A DNA stretch of 45,222 nt from Candidatus Nomurabacteria bacterium (GCA_023898525.1 CP060227.1:776440-821661); one strand, 5' to 3'; positions 26,296 through 36,273 are shown, counted from the stretch's first letter. Program-made: numbers and translations. The notes: generated by a model from the letters alone, not told the origin.

Positions 26296-28470
26296 TTACT
26301 CCAAGTGCAAAGATTTCTCTAACGAACTAACTCGTTTGGCGATAAGCCGATGTTTTTCTAGAGCCTTGTCAGATTCAACTAATTTTCTAGCTTCGTTGCG
26401 AGCAGCTTCGACCAACCTCAGGTTTTTAATCGCTTCCATGCCAAGGTCGGATAGACCGGACTGTTTTTGACCGTAAAGTTCACCGGAGCCGCGGAATTGT
26501 AGATCGTATTCAGATAATTCAAAACCATTTTTGGCGGTAGTGAGGGCCTTGAGGCGGTCTTTGGTTTTTTGGCTTTTGCTTTCGGTGACTGCAAAACAGT
26601 AGGCTTGATGATTACCACGAATCACTCGACCACGTAATTGGTGAAGTTGAGCAAGACCAAAACGCTCAGCTCCTTCAATGATAATATTGGTGGCATTTGG
26701 TACGTTTACTCCAACTTCTACTACTGAAGTGGACACAAGTATGTCAATTTTGTGATCAGAAAAATCTTTCATAATTTTGTCTTTTTCTGTAGTTGTCATC
26801 TTGCTGTGCATGATAGCAATGCGATAGCCTTTGAATTCTTCTTTGCGCAGACGTTCGGCTTCGGTGGTGACGTTTTTTAGTTGTAAAGCATTTTCTTTAT
26901 CCGGATCTGGCTCATCAATACGGGGACAGATGACATAAGCTTGACGACCGGTCTTTAGTTCTTCTTGTACATGTTCGTACATAGCTTTACTCTGTCCTGG
27001 ACCGATGACTTTTGTAATGACTGGTTTTCGTCCACTCGGCATTTGATCGAGAAGAGTGATATCTAAGTCACCGTAGATAGTAAGGGCAAGAGTGCGAGGA
27101 ATTGGTGTGGCGGTCATGGACAAAAGGTGTGGTAGGTAACCGTCTTTTTTGGCGAGCATTTTACGCTGGTTGGTACCAAAGCGATGTTGCTCGTCGATGA
27201 TGACGTAAGCTAAATGCTTAAATTCGACACTTTTGTAGATAAGGGAATGAGTACCGATCAGGATCGGAATCTCGCCATTTTTAACCCACTTAAGAAGTTG
27301 AGCTTTAGAAATATTGGTGGGCTGGTCGGGATTTGTTTTTGATGGAAACTTTTGGCAGCCACTACTGGTTAAGAGCCCAATCTGAATCGGGAGATGCTTA
27401 AAATATTCAATAAAGCTTAAAAAATGCTGTTTAGCTAAGATTTCGGTCGGGGCCATATAGGCGACTTGGAGATTGCCGTACTCGAGCTTTTTACCCAAAC
27501 CTTCCGGCGGGCGGGAGGTGACGACGGCGTAAGCGGTCGTGGCCGCGACTGCCGTCTTGCCACTACCGACATCACCTTCTAAAAGACGTGACATGGCGTG
27601 AGAACCACTAAAATCTTGGGTAATGGTTTCGATTGCTTTGCTTTGCGCTTTGGTTAATTTAAAAGGGAAGCGTTCAGTAAAAGCTTTTAGATGTTTTTTA
27701 TCGGTATTTATTTTATAAGTAGTAGCCGCATTAGCTTCAGCCCGTTCGCGAGCTTTCTGGACTTGAATGTAAAAGACTTCAGAAAAAGCAAAGCGTTTGC
27801 GCGCGCTTTCGGCATGTTCTTTCTTTTTGGGTGAGTGTACCCAGACCAGAGCAGATTTTAATTCTGGTAGGTTGTATGGCTTGATTATTTCTGGTGGCAG
27901 CGGGTCGGTCATTTTTTCTAAAACACCTTTTTCAAAACACTTTAAGACAGTGTGGTAAAACCACTTACTGGTAACACCTTTAGTCTCACGGTAAATGGGG
28001 TAGAGGGTATCGTCTTCGACTTCAGTGCCTTTAAAAATAGTATCGTGACGGTCGATCGGGAGGTTGTTTAAGAGTTCGACTTCAGGATTGGAAATGTATA
28101 GTTTACTATCACTGCCAGCTACCTTACCGGCCAGCTTTACATATACACCCTCTTGATACATTTTGGCGATGTATGGTTGGTTAAACCACATAACTTTTAT
28201 CTTGGCTGAACCGTCTTCGACATAAGCTTCGCCAATCGGAACTTTACTTCGCCACGCTTTGCGGGTGTTTAGTTTGGTTAGTTGGCCGTAGACAACGGCG
28301 TCTTGACCCTTACTCAGACCATTGATTGATTGAACGTCACTGATATTCTCATAGCGCACCGGCAGGTGATAGAGTAGATCCTCGACAGTGTTTATACCTA
28401 ATCTCTGCAAGGCTTTTTGGTGAGGGTTGTCTAGACGAAAGTGAGTAGATAACAAGTCGTTTGGATTCAT
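26296..28470 (-). CDS. recG: ATP-dependent DNA helicase RecG
   Basis: Wedge/OB N-terminal region, Walker A GDVGSGKT, DEQHRFG box, TATPIPRTL, HQLRGRVIRG. ATG at 28470 (MNPNDLL) preferred over the TTG at 28572. Confidence 0.9.
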   Translation of the reverse strand: MNPNDLLSTHFRLDNPHQKALQRLGINTVEDLLYHLPVRYENISDVQSINGLSKGQDAVVYGQLTKLNTRKAWRSKVPIGEAYVEDGSAKIKVMWFNQPYIAKMYQEGVYVKLAGKVAGSDSKLYISNPEVELLNNLPIDRHDTIFKGTEVEDDTLYPIYRETKGVTSKWFYHTVLKCFEKGVLEKMTDPLPPEIIKPYNLPELKSALVWVHSPKKKEHAESARKRFAFSEVFYIQVQKARERAEANAATTYKINTDKKHLKAFTERFPFKLTKAQSKAIETITQDFSGSHAMSRLLEGDVGSGKTAVAATTAYAVVTSRPPEGLGKKLEYGNLQVAYMAPTEILAKQHFLSFIEYFKHLPIQIGLLTSSGCQKFPSKTNPDQPTNISKAQLLKWVKNGEIPILIGTHSLIYKSVEFKHLAYVIIDEQHRFGTNQRKMLAKKDGYLPHLLSMTATPIPRTLALTIYGDLDITLLDQMPSGRKPVITKVIGPGQSKAMYEHVQEELKTGRQAYVICPRIDEPDPDKENALQLKNVTTEAERLRKEEFKGYRIAIMHSKMTTTEKDKIMKDFSDHKIDILVSTSVVEVGVNVPNATNIIIEGAERFGLAQLHQLRGRVIRGNHQAYCFAVTESKSQKTKDRLKALTTAKNGFELSEYDLQFRGSGELYGQKQSGLSDLGMEAIKNLRLVEAARNEARKLVESDKALEKHRLIAKRVSSLEKSLHLE

Positions 28471-28620
28471 TGGTTCTATGGTAGCAGATTTATGGATTAT
28501 ATAAAAAGCAGAGATATAATTTTGCGTCTTAGGAATATTACTCAGTAATCCACTTAGGCTGTTTTGTACCAATCACTGCTGCATGGTGTATACTGTTCGT
28601 CTATTTAATATTTTACGTAC

Positions 28621-29784
28621 ATGAAGTCTGCGCCTAAGAAAAATAAACCTAAAGACTATAATAAATTAGCTCTAGCCTTGCATCAGAAATTAAAAGGAAA
28701 GTTGGTTGTTAACAGTAAGTCTACACTCAAATCACGTGATGATTGGAGTACTATGTACACACCGGGAGTCGGGGCGGTGTCGGCACACTTAGCCAAATAC
28801 CCAAAGGAAGCTAATAAATACACAATCAAAAATAATACTGTCGCCGTGATTTCTGACGGGTCGGCGGTGTTGGGTTTGGGTAACATTGGACCAGTGGCAG
28901 CTTTGCCGGTAATGGAGGGTAAGTGTGCGATCTTCAAAGAGATGGCCAACGTTGATGCTTTCCCGATTGTGCTTGATGTGCATGACACTGAAGAAATAAT
29001 TTTTGCTATCAAAGCCATTGCGCCGGCCTTTGGCGGTATTAATCTAGAGGATATTGCTGCTCCCCAGTGTTTTGTGATTGAGGAGAGGTTGAAAAAGGAG
29101 CTTGATATACCAGTAATGCACGATGACCAACACGGAACAGCGATTGTGGTTTTGGCTGGTCTTATCAACGCTTGCAAAGTGGTAAAGAAAAAGATTGAAG
29201 ACTTGAAAGTGGTGGTTGTAGGGGCTGGTGCGGCGGGGCGAGCTACTGCCTTGCTGCTTAAAGAGGCGGGAGTGCAGAATATAATTGTAACTGATAGTAA
29301 AGGAATTATTTATAAAGGTAGAAGTGGCTTGGAGAGCTATAAGCGTCATTTGTCAGAGGTAACTAATCCTACGCGTATACAGGGTGACGTGATGGCGGCG
29401 GTTAGCGGAGCTGATGTGGTAATAGGAGTGTCTGGGCCGGGGACGATAGCACAAGCACACGTAGCGGCGATGGCGGAAAAGGCGATTGTGTTTGCAATGG
29501 CTAATCCGATACCGGAAATTATGCCGGAAGACGCGAAGCGAGCCGGGGCTGTAGTGGTGGCGACCGGTCGGTCTGATTTTGCCAATCAGGTAAATAACGC
29601 CCTGGCTTTCCCTGGGCTTTTTCGCGGTGCGCTTGATAAAGGGGTGAAGGAAATTACTGACAAGGTGAAATTGGCTGCTGCTAAGAAGATTGCCAGCTTA
29701 ATCAAAAAACCAACGGCTGAGGAAATTATTCCGTCAGTGATGACTGATGGGTTGGTCAAAGCAGTGGCGAGTGCGGTGAAGTAA
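28621..29784 (+). CDS. NAD(P)-dependent malic enzyme (short form)
   Basis: YTPGV, VAVISDGSAVLGLGNIG, MEGKCAIFK, INLEDIAAPQCF, DDQHGTAIV, and the Rossmann motif VVVGAGAAG. Confidence 0.9.
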   Translation: MKSAPKKNKPKDYNKLALALHQKLKGKLVVNSKSTLKSRDDWSTMYTPGVGAVSAHLAKYPKEANKYTIKNNTVAVISDGSAVLGLGNIGPVAALPVMEGKCAIFKEMANVDAFPIVLDVHDTEEIIFAIKAIAPAFGGINLEDIAAPQCFVIEERLKKELDIPVMHDDQHGTAIVVLAGLINACKVVKKKIEDLKVVVVGAGAAGRATALLLKEAGVQNIIVTDSKGIIYKGRSGLESYKRHLSEVTNPTRIQGDVMAAVSGADVVIGVSGPGTIAQAHVAAMAEKAIVFAMANPIPEIMPEDAKRAGAVVVATGRSDFANQVNNALAFPGLFRGALDKGVKEITDKVKLAAAKKIASLIKKPTAEEIIPSVMTDGLVKAVASAVK

Positions 29785-29790
29785 GAGTAG

Positions 29791-29852
29791 AGACAAACAA
29801 GCGGCTGAAAAGTGAGTGCGTACGCACTCACTTTTCAGCCGCTTGTTTGTCT
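29791..29852. repeat. perfect 62-nt palindrome (30-bp stem, 2-nt loop) after the malic enzyme gene
   Basis: AGACAAACAAGCGGCTGAAAAGTGAGTGCG ta CGCACTCACTTTTCAGCCGCTTGTTTGTCT. No T run follows. Confidence 0.9.
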
Positions 29853-30036
29853 CCCTCCCAACCCACTTGATAAACCCCACAAAAACTTTACACCACAAAA
29901 ACGGGGATATTTGCTTGCGTAAAAAACTTCAAAATGGTATTTTCAATAGTGCTGGGCCACTTTCTTTGTAGTAGTGGAAGCTGGCACATGCACATTTCAG
30001 AAACTTTTTAAATTAACTTTGTTTTAGACAAGGAGA

Positions 30037-30435
30037 ATGAAGATGAAGAAATTTACGAAACTGATTGCATTGATAGTTGCGGGGATTTTTGTGTTCGGAA
30101 TCACGATTGCACATGCGAGCGCACCGGTGCCGGACAAGGAAATTACGGCTCTGGATACTACGTTGACTCCAACTTCGACTCAAATCCTGGTTACCACGGA
30201 TGAAGACGAGAAAATAACGTTTGCGACCCTGGTGCCCGACCGAGCGGCGGCCATCGACGAGACTGATACGGCAAAATTCGCACTGACTCCTGCTGGCAAA
30301 TACTTTGCACAATACACGGTGATTGAAGATGGAGGTGCGACAATGTCTGCCCGAATTGCCGGTTTAGTTGCCACGCCATATAGCTCTGCCGAAGCTTTCG
30401 TACATCCAGGTCAGTTAATTACGTCAACGGCCTAA
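30037..30435 (+). CDS. small secreted hypothetical protein
   Basis: AAGGAGA RBS. Signal peptide KKFTKLIALIVAGIFVFGITIAHASA. The real start is probably the second ATG at 30043. Confidence 0.6.
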   Translation: MKMKKFTKLIALIVAGIFVFGITIAHASAPVPDKEITALDTTLTPTSTQILVTTDEDEKITFATLVPDRAAAIDETDTAKFALTPAGKYFAQYTVIEDGGATMSARIAGLVATPYSSAEAFVHPGQLITSTA

Positions 30436-30483
30436 TCGTTTCGTTCGTTTGAATCAGTTTAGTACTGATTCACTAACCATAAA

Positions 30484-30512
30484 GAGCCGCTTGGTTTATA
30501 TCCAAGCGGCTC
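30484..30512 (+). terminator. intrinsic terminator
   Basis: GAGCCGCTTGG tttatat CCAAGCGGCTC followed by GAATTTTTT. Confidence 0.8.
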
Positions 30513-30534
30513 GAATTTTTTATAAAAACAAAAA

Positions 30535-30556
30535 GCCACTGTTCATTTCAGTGGCC
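30535..30556 (-). terminator. intrinsic terminator after the 30582 gene
   Basis: GCCACTG / CAGTGGC stem followed by a T run on the minus strand. Confidence 0.65.
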
Positions 30557-30581
30557 TTTCATAACTTAAAGCTTTAAATAA

Positions 30582-30953
30582 TCAATCAGCTCTGACCTCC
30601 TTCGCTGACTGTGTAAGTTTTATAAGTTTGTGCCATTCATCTTGACACTCTAATGGTAAGTGTTTTTCGCCTCCATCAATAAGTGCATTAATGACATTAG
30701 GATAGTTTACGTCGTTTTCAAGATTCAATATTGCTGGCATAAATATTACTGCCCAAACATCGGAGATAGCTACCTGTGCTGGTACGTTGCTGAAATAATT
30801 TATATTTGTTATACGCTTGTCTTTAAAGTAGAGATTACCGTCATCGCTTATAACTATAACGAGCAGACTTCCCCAATATCTCACAAAAGCTGCATCCAAT
30901 AGGTTTTTTATGATTTCGCCATAAATTTTGCTGTACTCTGTTGATATACTCAT
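30582..30953 (-). CDS. orphan hypothetical protein (AT-rich)
   Basis: 123 aa from the ATG at 30953 (MSISTEYSKIYG). A purine-rich RBS lies upstream. No motif recognised. Confidence 0.5.
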   Translation of the reverse strand: MSISTEYSKIYGEIIKNLLDAAFVRYWGSLLVIVISDDGNLYFKDKRITNINYFSNVPAQVAISDVWAVIFMPAILNLENDVNYPNVINALIDGGEKHLPLECQDEWHKLIKLTQSAKEVRAD

Positions 30954-31088
30954 GTCTTTCTTCCCCCCAAAAAAAGAATTCATCAAAACATCCACCAATG
31001 ACCAAATGGTCTAATAAAATATTGCCATTTTGGATAGAAAAGTCAATATTTTTACTGTGACTAGTCTTTTATGTGATATAGTTTGGGT

Positions 31089-31412
31089 ATGAGTAAACTA
31101 ATTTTAAGTACCACCGAATCAATCCCTAACCGTGAGATAATGGAGATTATTGGTATCGCCCGGGGGAGTACGGTGCGCTCGCGTAATGTAGCTCGTGACA
31201 TTGTAGCGGTATTTAGAAATCTGGTCGGTGGAGAAATTACTGAATACACCAAACTTCAGGCCGAATCAAGAGAGCAGGCGCTACAAAGAATGGTAAAAGA
31301 TGCAGAAAGTCACGGAGCTGATGCTGTGGTAGGAGTGCGGATAACTACGGCCATGGTGATGAATGGAGCGTCTGAGATACTGGCCTACGGTACAGCGGTC
31401 AAATTAAAGTAA
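31089..31412 (+). CDS. YbjQ/UPF0145-family protein
   Basis: Family-typical sequence: ILSTTESIPNREIMEIIGIARGSTVRSRNVARDIVAVFRNLVGGEI..Y......R..A...M...A...GADAVVGVR. Confidence 0.8.
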   Translation: MSKLILSTTESIPNREIMEIIGIARGSTVRSRNVARDIVAVFRNLVGGEITEYTKLQAESREQALQRMVKDAESHGADAVVGVRITTAMVMNGASEILAYGTAVKLK

Positions 31413-31422
31413 TTACAAATTT

Positions 31423-31536
31423 ATGTTGTCTATAGAAACAATAATTTGGGGACTAATAATTGCCGGTGTTATTTGTGTGGCTATAGATCGCTATCAAGCT
31501 AAAGACAAAGAAGATTTTGAAGATAGGGATAACTAA
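31423..31536 (+). CDS. 37-aa single-TM small ORF (not in the ORF track)
   Basis: MLSIETIIWGLIIAGVICVAIDRYQAKDKEDFEDRDN, starting 11 nt after the ybjQ-like stop. No clear RBS. Confidence 0.3.
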   Translation: MLSIETIIWGLIIAGVICVAIDRYQAKDKEDFEDRDN

Positions 31537-31646
31537 ATTTAGTATCAACAAAACAATGGTACAATAAAATAGTTGATTACGTCTAAGTTGGGGACTGGTT
31601 TGGCGTATTATTTTGGTGTTGGATTAATTTATAACATAGTTGCGAT

Positions 31647-34070
31647 ATGAAATCTTTTATTGGAAAAGTTGGCTACATAAAATTGACAACAATCGTCACA
31701 GGATTGTTGATTTTGTCAGTGTTATTTTTTTCCGCTACCGCTTTAGCGGCCGCTCGCACTTCTCCTTTTACGGCTGGAGAGACTCTAGACCCCGGAGCCG
31801 AATCTGTCGAACCTTGTGGTCCTCTGGATACTAATTGTTATGTCACAGCAGGTGGTTCATCTGTGTTTAGCGCCCTTACGGCCGCTACCTCTACTAATTC
31901 TATCGACAACACCAATTTCGCTCAAACCTGGAGTTGGTCAACTTTGGCGACCGGTACGGCTCTGACTCTTTCTTCCACCTCAACCCTGCTTACTTCTGGC
32001 GGTCTGCTAAGTGTTTCCCATAGCGCTGCTCCAGCTTCAAGTTGGACTGGGGACTTGGCTAAGATTGAATCTTCGGGTGGATCAACTGCAAATCTAGACG
32101 GCAATGTTCTCAAGCTCGGTTATACCGGCTCAGCTGATACTTCTGACGGGACAGTTTTGAATTTGACCAGTAGCCAGACCGGGGCCAACTCCCTAGTTGT
32201 TCGGATTAATGATGATGGTACTTATACTGACACCACACCTTTTGTTATTAATACCAGCGGCAATGTTGGTATTGGTACCAGTACTCCAGGGTCTAAATTG
32301 GTGGTCGGGGGAGATAGTGAATTTGGAGGTTTGCTAACTATGACTGGCTCAGTAGCTAACATTGCCCTCGGCTCCAACTGGCTTTCTGGTGATGGTGATG
32401 ATGAGGGGGTTTATGTAAATAATATCGGTGACGTATCTATTGGTACAACTACTGACATAGCTAAACTTAATGTGGATGGGAGTATATATATGCCAAATAA
32501 CAACGGTTTTAAAACTAAAGACAATACTGGTAATAATGTCACGTTATTTAATATGACTACATCCAATAACGTTTTGATAAACGGCTCTACGGTTAGTGGT
32601 AATATGGTACTTAATATACCGAATAGTAGCGGTGTATTTCAGTTTGAAACCGGAACCAGCTCTAACACTGTGATGAAAATTCTTAATAACGGAAACGTTG
32701 TAATCGGTACTACCACCTCATCTTATAAATTCGCAGTCGATGGTACCAGCTCATTCTATAACACACTAAATATGTCTGGCACGAATGCCAACATTGCTCT
32801 CGGTTCTAATTGGTTGTCAGGCGATGGTGGAGACGAGGGTGTTTACGTGAGTTCTAGTGGCGATGTATCGATAGGTACAACTACAGCTGTAAGAAAGTTG
32901 ACAGTAGACGGTCATATTTTTGTGCCAAATAATTATGGTCTTACTACTAATGACAACGTTGGTAACGTTAGTTCTCTAATATCTATGTCTGGAGCTAACA
33001 ATGTACTCGTAGGTGGTTCCAATGTTAGTGGTAGTATGAACTTCATTCTACCAAACGCGACTGGTGACTTTAGGTTTCAAACTACCGGTAGTTACACAGA
33101 CAGAATGATTATTAAGAATGATGGTAATGTTGGTATTGGTACAACTACTCCATCATATAAATTAACTGTGGATGGAACCGTAGGTCTAAGTGGTCTGTCA
33201 ACTGGAGCAGGAGCAGGAGCACTTTGTCTTTCTTCTAGTAGCGAAATAGTTTACTTGGCTGGTTCTTCTGCTTGTTCGGTATCCAGTGAGCGTTTCAAGC
33301 ATTCTATTACATCTCTGGGTAGCGATTCTGGTCTGGCGGAACTGATGAAACTTCGTCCGGTATCGTTTGAATACAATGACAATATCGGTATATATGGTGA
33401 GCAGGTTGGGTTTATTGCGGAAGAAATGGACAAAATAGATCCTCGTTTGGTTATTTACGAAGAACCTAATAAGCCTTTCTCAGTAAAGTATGAAAATATA
33501 ACCGCTATTTTGACTAAGGGTGTCCAAGAAATTGTATTAATTACTGGAGAATTTAAGGACTCACTGATTGCTTGGTTGGGCAATGCTTCCAATGGTGTTA
33601 AGAAATTGTTTGCTGGTGAAGTTTGGACAGACAAGCTTTGTGTTGGTGGTACTTGTGTGACTGAGTCAGAACTACAATATTTACTTAATAAAGACGATAT
33701 TTCTCCAGAAGCCGACAATTCAGATAGTGACTCAAGATTAGGTTCTTCAACCAAGCAGCCGAAAAATGAAGAGATGACTAAAGATACCGAAGACGATAAA
33801 AAAACAGAATCTTCTTCAGATGAGTCAACAAAAGAAGAAACAGAAGAAGAATCAGATGACGAGGGCGGGGTTTTGAAAGATGAAGAATTGGCTGAGGAAG
33901 GCAGTGAGGAAACCGAAAATGTTAGCGAAGAGGAAGTGTTTGAAACAGAATCAGAGACAGTCGACGAACAAACAGAAAAAGTACTTGAAATAGCAGAGGA
34001 GGTTGTAGAAGAGGAAGAGGTGTCGGAACTTGAAGTGGTCGATACCAAGGATGATGAATTAGATACTTAA
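31647..34070 (+). CDS. tail-fibre-like surface protein with a Peptidase_S74 (intramolecular chaperone) domain and an acidic C-terminal tail
   Basis: Signal/TM at the N terminus. Repeated GNVGIGT(S/T)TP..KL.V.G motifs and two modules of about 130 aa (ANIALGSNWLSGDG.DEGVYV). S74-like SSERFKHSI...LRPVSFEY...GFIAEEMDKIDPRLV...SVKYENITAILTKGVQEI (nt ~33280-33560). Then about 120 aa of D/E/S-rich tail. Confidence 0.75.
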   Translation: MKSFIGKVGYIKLTTIVTGLLILSVLFFSATALAAARTSPFTAGETLDPGAESVEPCGPLDTNCYVTAGGSSVFSALTAATSTNSIDNTNFAQTWSWSTLATGTALTLSSTSTLLTSGGLLSVSHSAAPASSWTGDLAKIESSGGSTANLDGNVLKLGYTGSADTSDGTVLNLTSSQTGANSLVVRINDDGTYTDTTPFVINTSGNVGIGTSTPGSKLVVGGDSEFGGLLTMTGSVANIALGSNWLSGDGDDEGVYVNNIGDVSIGTTTDIAKLNVDGSIYMPNNNGFKTKDNTGNNVTLFNMTTSNNVLINGSTVSGNMVLNIPNSSGVFQFETGTSSNTVMKILNNGNVVIGTTTSSYKFAVDGTSSFYNTLNMSGTNANIALGSNWLSGDGGDEGVYVSSSGDVSIGTTTAVRKLTVDGHIFVPNNYGLTTNDNVGNVSSLISMSGANNVLVGGSNVSGSMNFILPNATGDFRFQTTGSYTDRMIIKNDGNVGIGTTTPSYKLTVDGTVGLSGLSTGAGAGALCLSSSSEIVYLAGSSACSVSSERFKHSITSLGSDSGLAELMKLRPVSFEYNDNIGIYGEQVGFIAEEMDKIDPRLVIYEEPNKPFSVKYENITAILTKGVQEIVLITGEFKDSLIAWLGNASNGVKKLFAGEVWTDKLCVGGTCVTESELQYLLNKDDISPEADNSDSDSRLGSSTKQPKNEEMTKDTEDDKKTESSSDESTKEETEEESDDEGGVLKDEELAEEGSEETENVSEEEVFETESETVDEQTEKVLEIAEEVVEEEEVSELEVVDTKDDELDT

Positions 34071-34072
34071 TT

Positions 34073-35578
34073 ATGGTGTATGTAATACAACTTACGCTGG
34101 CTTTATACATTGTGCTGACGGCCTTTGCTTCGGTCACAGTGTTGGCTTCTGAGACTAATGGTGTCATTCAAACCGGAAGTGCATCCAGCTTGATTTGTAA
34201 AGATGTTGCCTGTGCTACCTACGGTAATGTCAACTGGAAGCCGAGTGATAGTACACCAGTTAGTATCACCGACTCTGGCCTTACCGGATATATTTGGGGA
34301 GATGAGATTGGTTGGGTTAACTTGGCACCGACCGGAGCTGGTGTTTCCATCAACAGCACAACCGGTGAGCTGTCCGGTTACGCTTTTGCCAATACCGGAA
34401 GTTGGATTAATTTTAGCCCGACTGATGTTAGTGGCGGTGGAGATGTGGGTGTGACTATAGATAGCAATGGTCAATTTACCGGCTGGGCTTGGGTGTCTGG
34501 TGTTAATGGTGGTTGGATGAAGTTTGACTGCAGCTCTGGTTCAACTTGTGTGAAAACTGACTGGCGGCCGGTAGGTAGCCGTACTACAACTTCTTCCTCA
34601 GGTGGTGGTAGTACTGGTACTCGCATTAAAAAAGACGAGACATCGACCACGACTTCAGCTACAACCACTGCGACATCAACTGCCGACCAGGGTACAATGG
34701 GATCTACTGATAATAATAGTGCTGCCCCGATATACGTACCTCCATTTTATCAAAATAACACTGCACCATTACCACCTCGACCAGTTCAGATAATAAGCCA
34801 AGGGGAAGTAAATGGAGAAGAACAAACACCGACACCACCGGAAGATTTTGATACTTATCCAGATTTTTATAATGACAACAGTACTGGCGGTGATTTGCGT
34901 GATGAAACACAGGAAAAGATAACCAGGTTTTATCGAGAAATAGATCAGATTGAGCCAATCTATTATGGTGCCAATCATGTAAAGAGTTTCAATGCACCAC
35001 TGGCGGTAAGGGAAGATCAATCAGCGCTCTTGGTGTGGGACTTTTCTGCAGAAAAAGGTGGTGTCGGAAAAGACAAGCAGGCGGTAGTAGTCGAAATTCC
35101 TAGCGGTGCGGTGGCTAGCCAAGTGACTTTCAATGTCGAGATGTTGCCGGCAAATGACTCTACTTCACCTAGGCAATCTAAAGAGGTAAGGGCCTATATT
35201 GTAGACGATATTTTGTACAAAGTTACCGCCACTGATGAGAGTGGTCAGCCAGTACATTCGTTTACCGAACCGATAAAAATCAGTTTGTTTTTACCGGGAG
35301 TAGCTTCGACTGAAAGCGGGGTAGGTGTGTATTACTTAGATGAAGAAAGAGCTACTTGGGTCCGTGTCTCAGGAGCGGTGATTTCTGACACGTCAGCTAA
35401 TTTTATGATCGACCATCTAACACTCTTTTCTGTGATTAGTAGTAATATGGTTTTAGATGAGCTACCAGTCCGCAAGTCAGGTTTTGGTGATTATCTATTA
35501 TTTATTTTGGCGTCAGCTGGATTTGCTGTGGTGTTAATTGGTCTATATATTTTCTGGCGTCGTAAAAGCAAAGCATAG
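34073..35578 (+). CDS. secreted protein with G-W repeats, Thr/Ser linker and C-terminal TM anchor
   Basis: Signal peptide. Repeats GYIWGDEIGWVNL, GYAFANTGSWINF and GWAWVSGVNGGWMKF. C-terminal helix LLFILASAGFAVVLIGLYIFW followed by RRKSKA. The start is separated from the upstream stop by 2 nt. Confidence 0.65.
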   Translation: MVYVIQLTLALYIVLTAFASVTVLASETNGVIQTGSASSLICKDVACATYGNVNWKPSDSTPVSITDSGLTGYIWGDEIGWVNLAPTGAGVSINSTTGELSGYAFANTGSWINFSPTDVSGGGDVGVTIDSNGQFTGWAWVSGVNGGWMKFDCSSGSTCVKTDWRPVGSRTTTSSSGGGSTGTRIKKDETSTTTSATTTATSTADQGTMGSTDNNSAAPIYVPPFYQNNTAPLPPRPVQIISQGEVNGEEQTPTPPEDFDTYPDFYNDNSTGGDLRDETQEKITRFYREIDQIEPIYYGANHVKSFNAPLAVREDQSALLVWDFSAEKGGVGKDKQAVVVEIPSGAVASQVTFNVEMLPANDSTSPRQSKEVRAYIVDDILYKVTATDESGQPVHSFTEPIKISLFLPGVASTESGVGVYYLDEERATWVRVSGAVISDTSANFMIDHLTLFSVISSNMVLDELPVRKSGFGDYLLFILASAGFAVVLIGLYIFWRRKSKA

Positions 35579-35639
35579 TTTAGTTCAGGTAAAGTAAATT
35601 AATTTGCAGTCATCAAAAACTGTTTTAAAATAATCCAAT

Positions 35640-36116
35640 ATGGACAGGAATGAGTCAGAAAAAGAACTGAGATCAGGTAAGGGTTTGGCTCTATATAAGG
35701 TAATAATTGTAGGTACAATTATTGTACTGTGTGTAATGATTGCGTACCTTTTTATAAAGGACACTTCGTCTCAAGACTACATCTACGAGGCGGGTGAAAA
35801 GCAGACTAAGGAATTGGTTTCACTGGCTTCTAATCATATGGTGGTTCCCGATGAGACGCCGGAGGTGTATTTGATCCAGGAGCCTAAGCTACTGATAGCT
35901 GAACAATCTTTTTTTGTTGGCACCGAAAAAGGCGACTACCTGCTTATATTTCCTAAAGCAGGCAAGGCGATAATATACAGTCGAGACAGAGACATGATCA
36001 TTAACGCCGGTCCGATCAATTTTGATAATCAATTTCCACCCACTCCACCACCTTCAGACATAGATTCGGCCAATAATGACATTCAAATTGCTACTACTAC
36101 GAGTGGGGTGGAGTAA
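35640..36116 (+). CDS. hypothetical membrane-anchored protein
   Basis: 158 aa with one N-terminal TM helix (IIVGTIIVLCVMIAYLFI). Confidence 0.5.
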   Translation: MDRNESEKELRSGKGLALYKVIIVGTIIVLCVMIAYLFIKDTSSQDYIYEAGEKQTKELVSLASNHMVVPDETPEVYLIQEPKLLIAEQSFFVGTEKGDYLLIFPKAGKAIIYSRDRDMIINAGPINFDNQFPPTPPPSDIDSANNDIQIATTTSGVE

Positions 36117-36273
36117 GGTATGATTAAAAAGTAAAGGTTAAGTTCCTCTGTTTCTTTAGTGAAATAACAATTTGAAATAATATCAGGTTTGGTATTTGAT
36201 TATATTATTTTGATTGTTATTTGAGTTTTGTTTATATATACTACCAACATCTTAATACTAATTAAAAAATGCT

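Noticed and set aside
28683-29177. 164-aa antisense ORF within the malic enzyme gene (and the smaller ones up to 29831)
   Set aside because: They are nested opposite a well-supported CDS and have no start context.
29982-29999. TGGCAC as a sigma-54 -24 element upstream of the 30037 gene
   Set aside because: The -12 position reads CATTT rather than TTGC at the required spacing.
33455-34048. 197-aa Ser-rich antisense ORF
   Set aside because: It is the mirror image of the GAA/GAT-rich acidic tail codons of the 31647 gene, so it is a low-complexity artefact.
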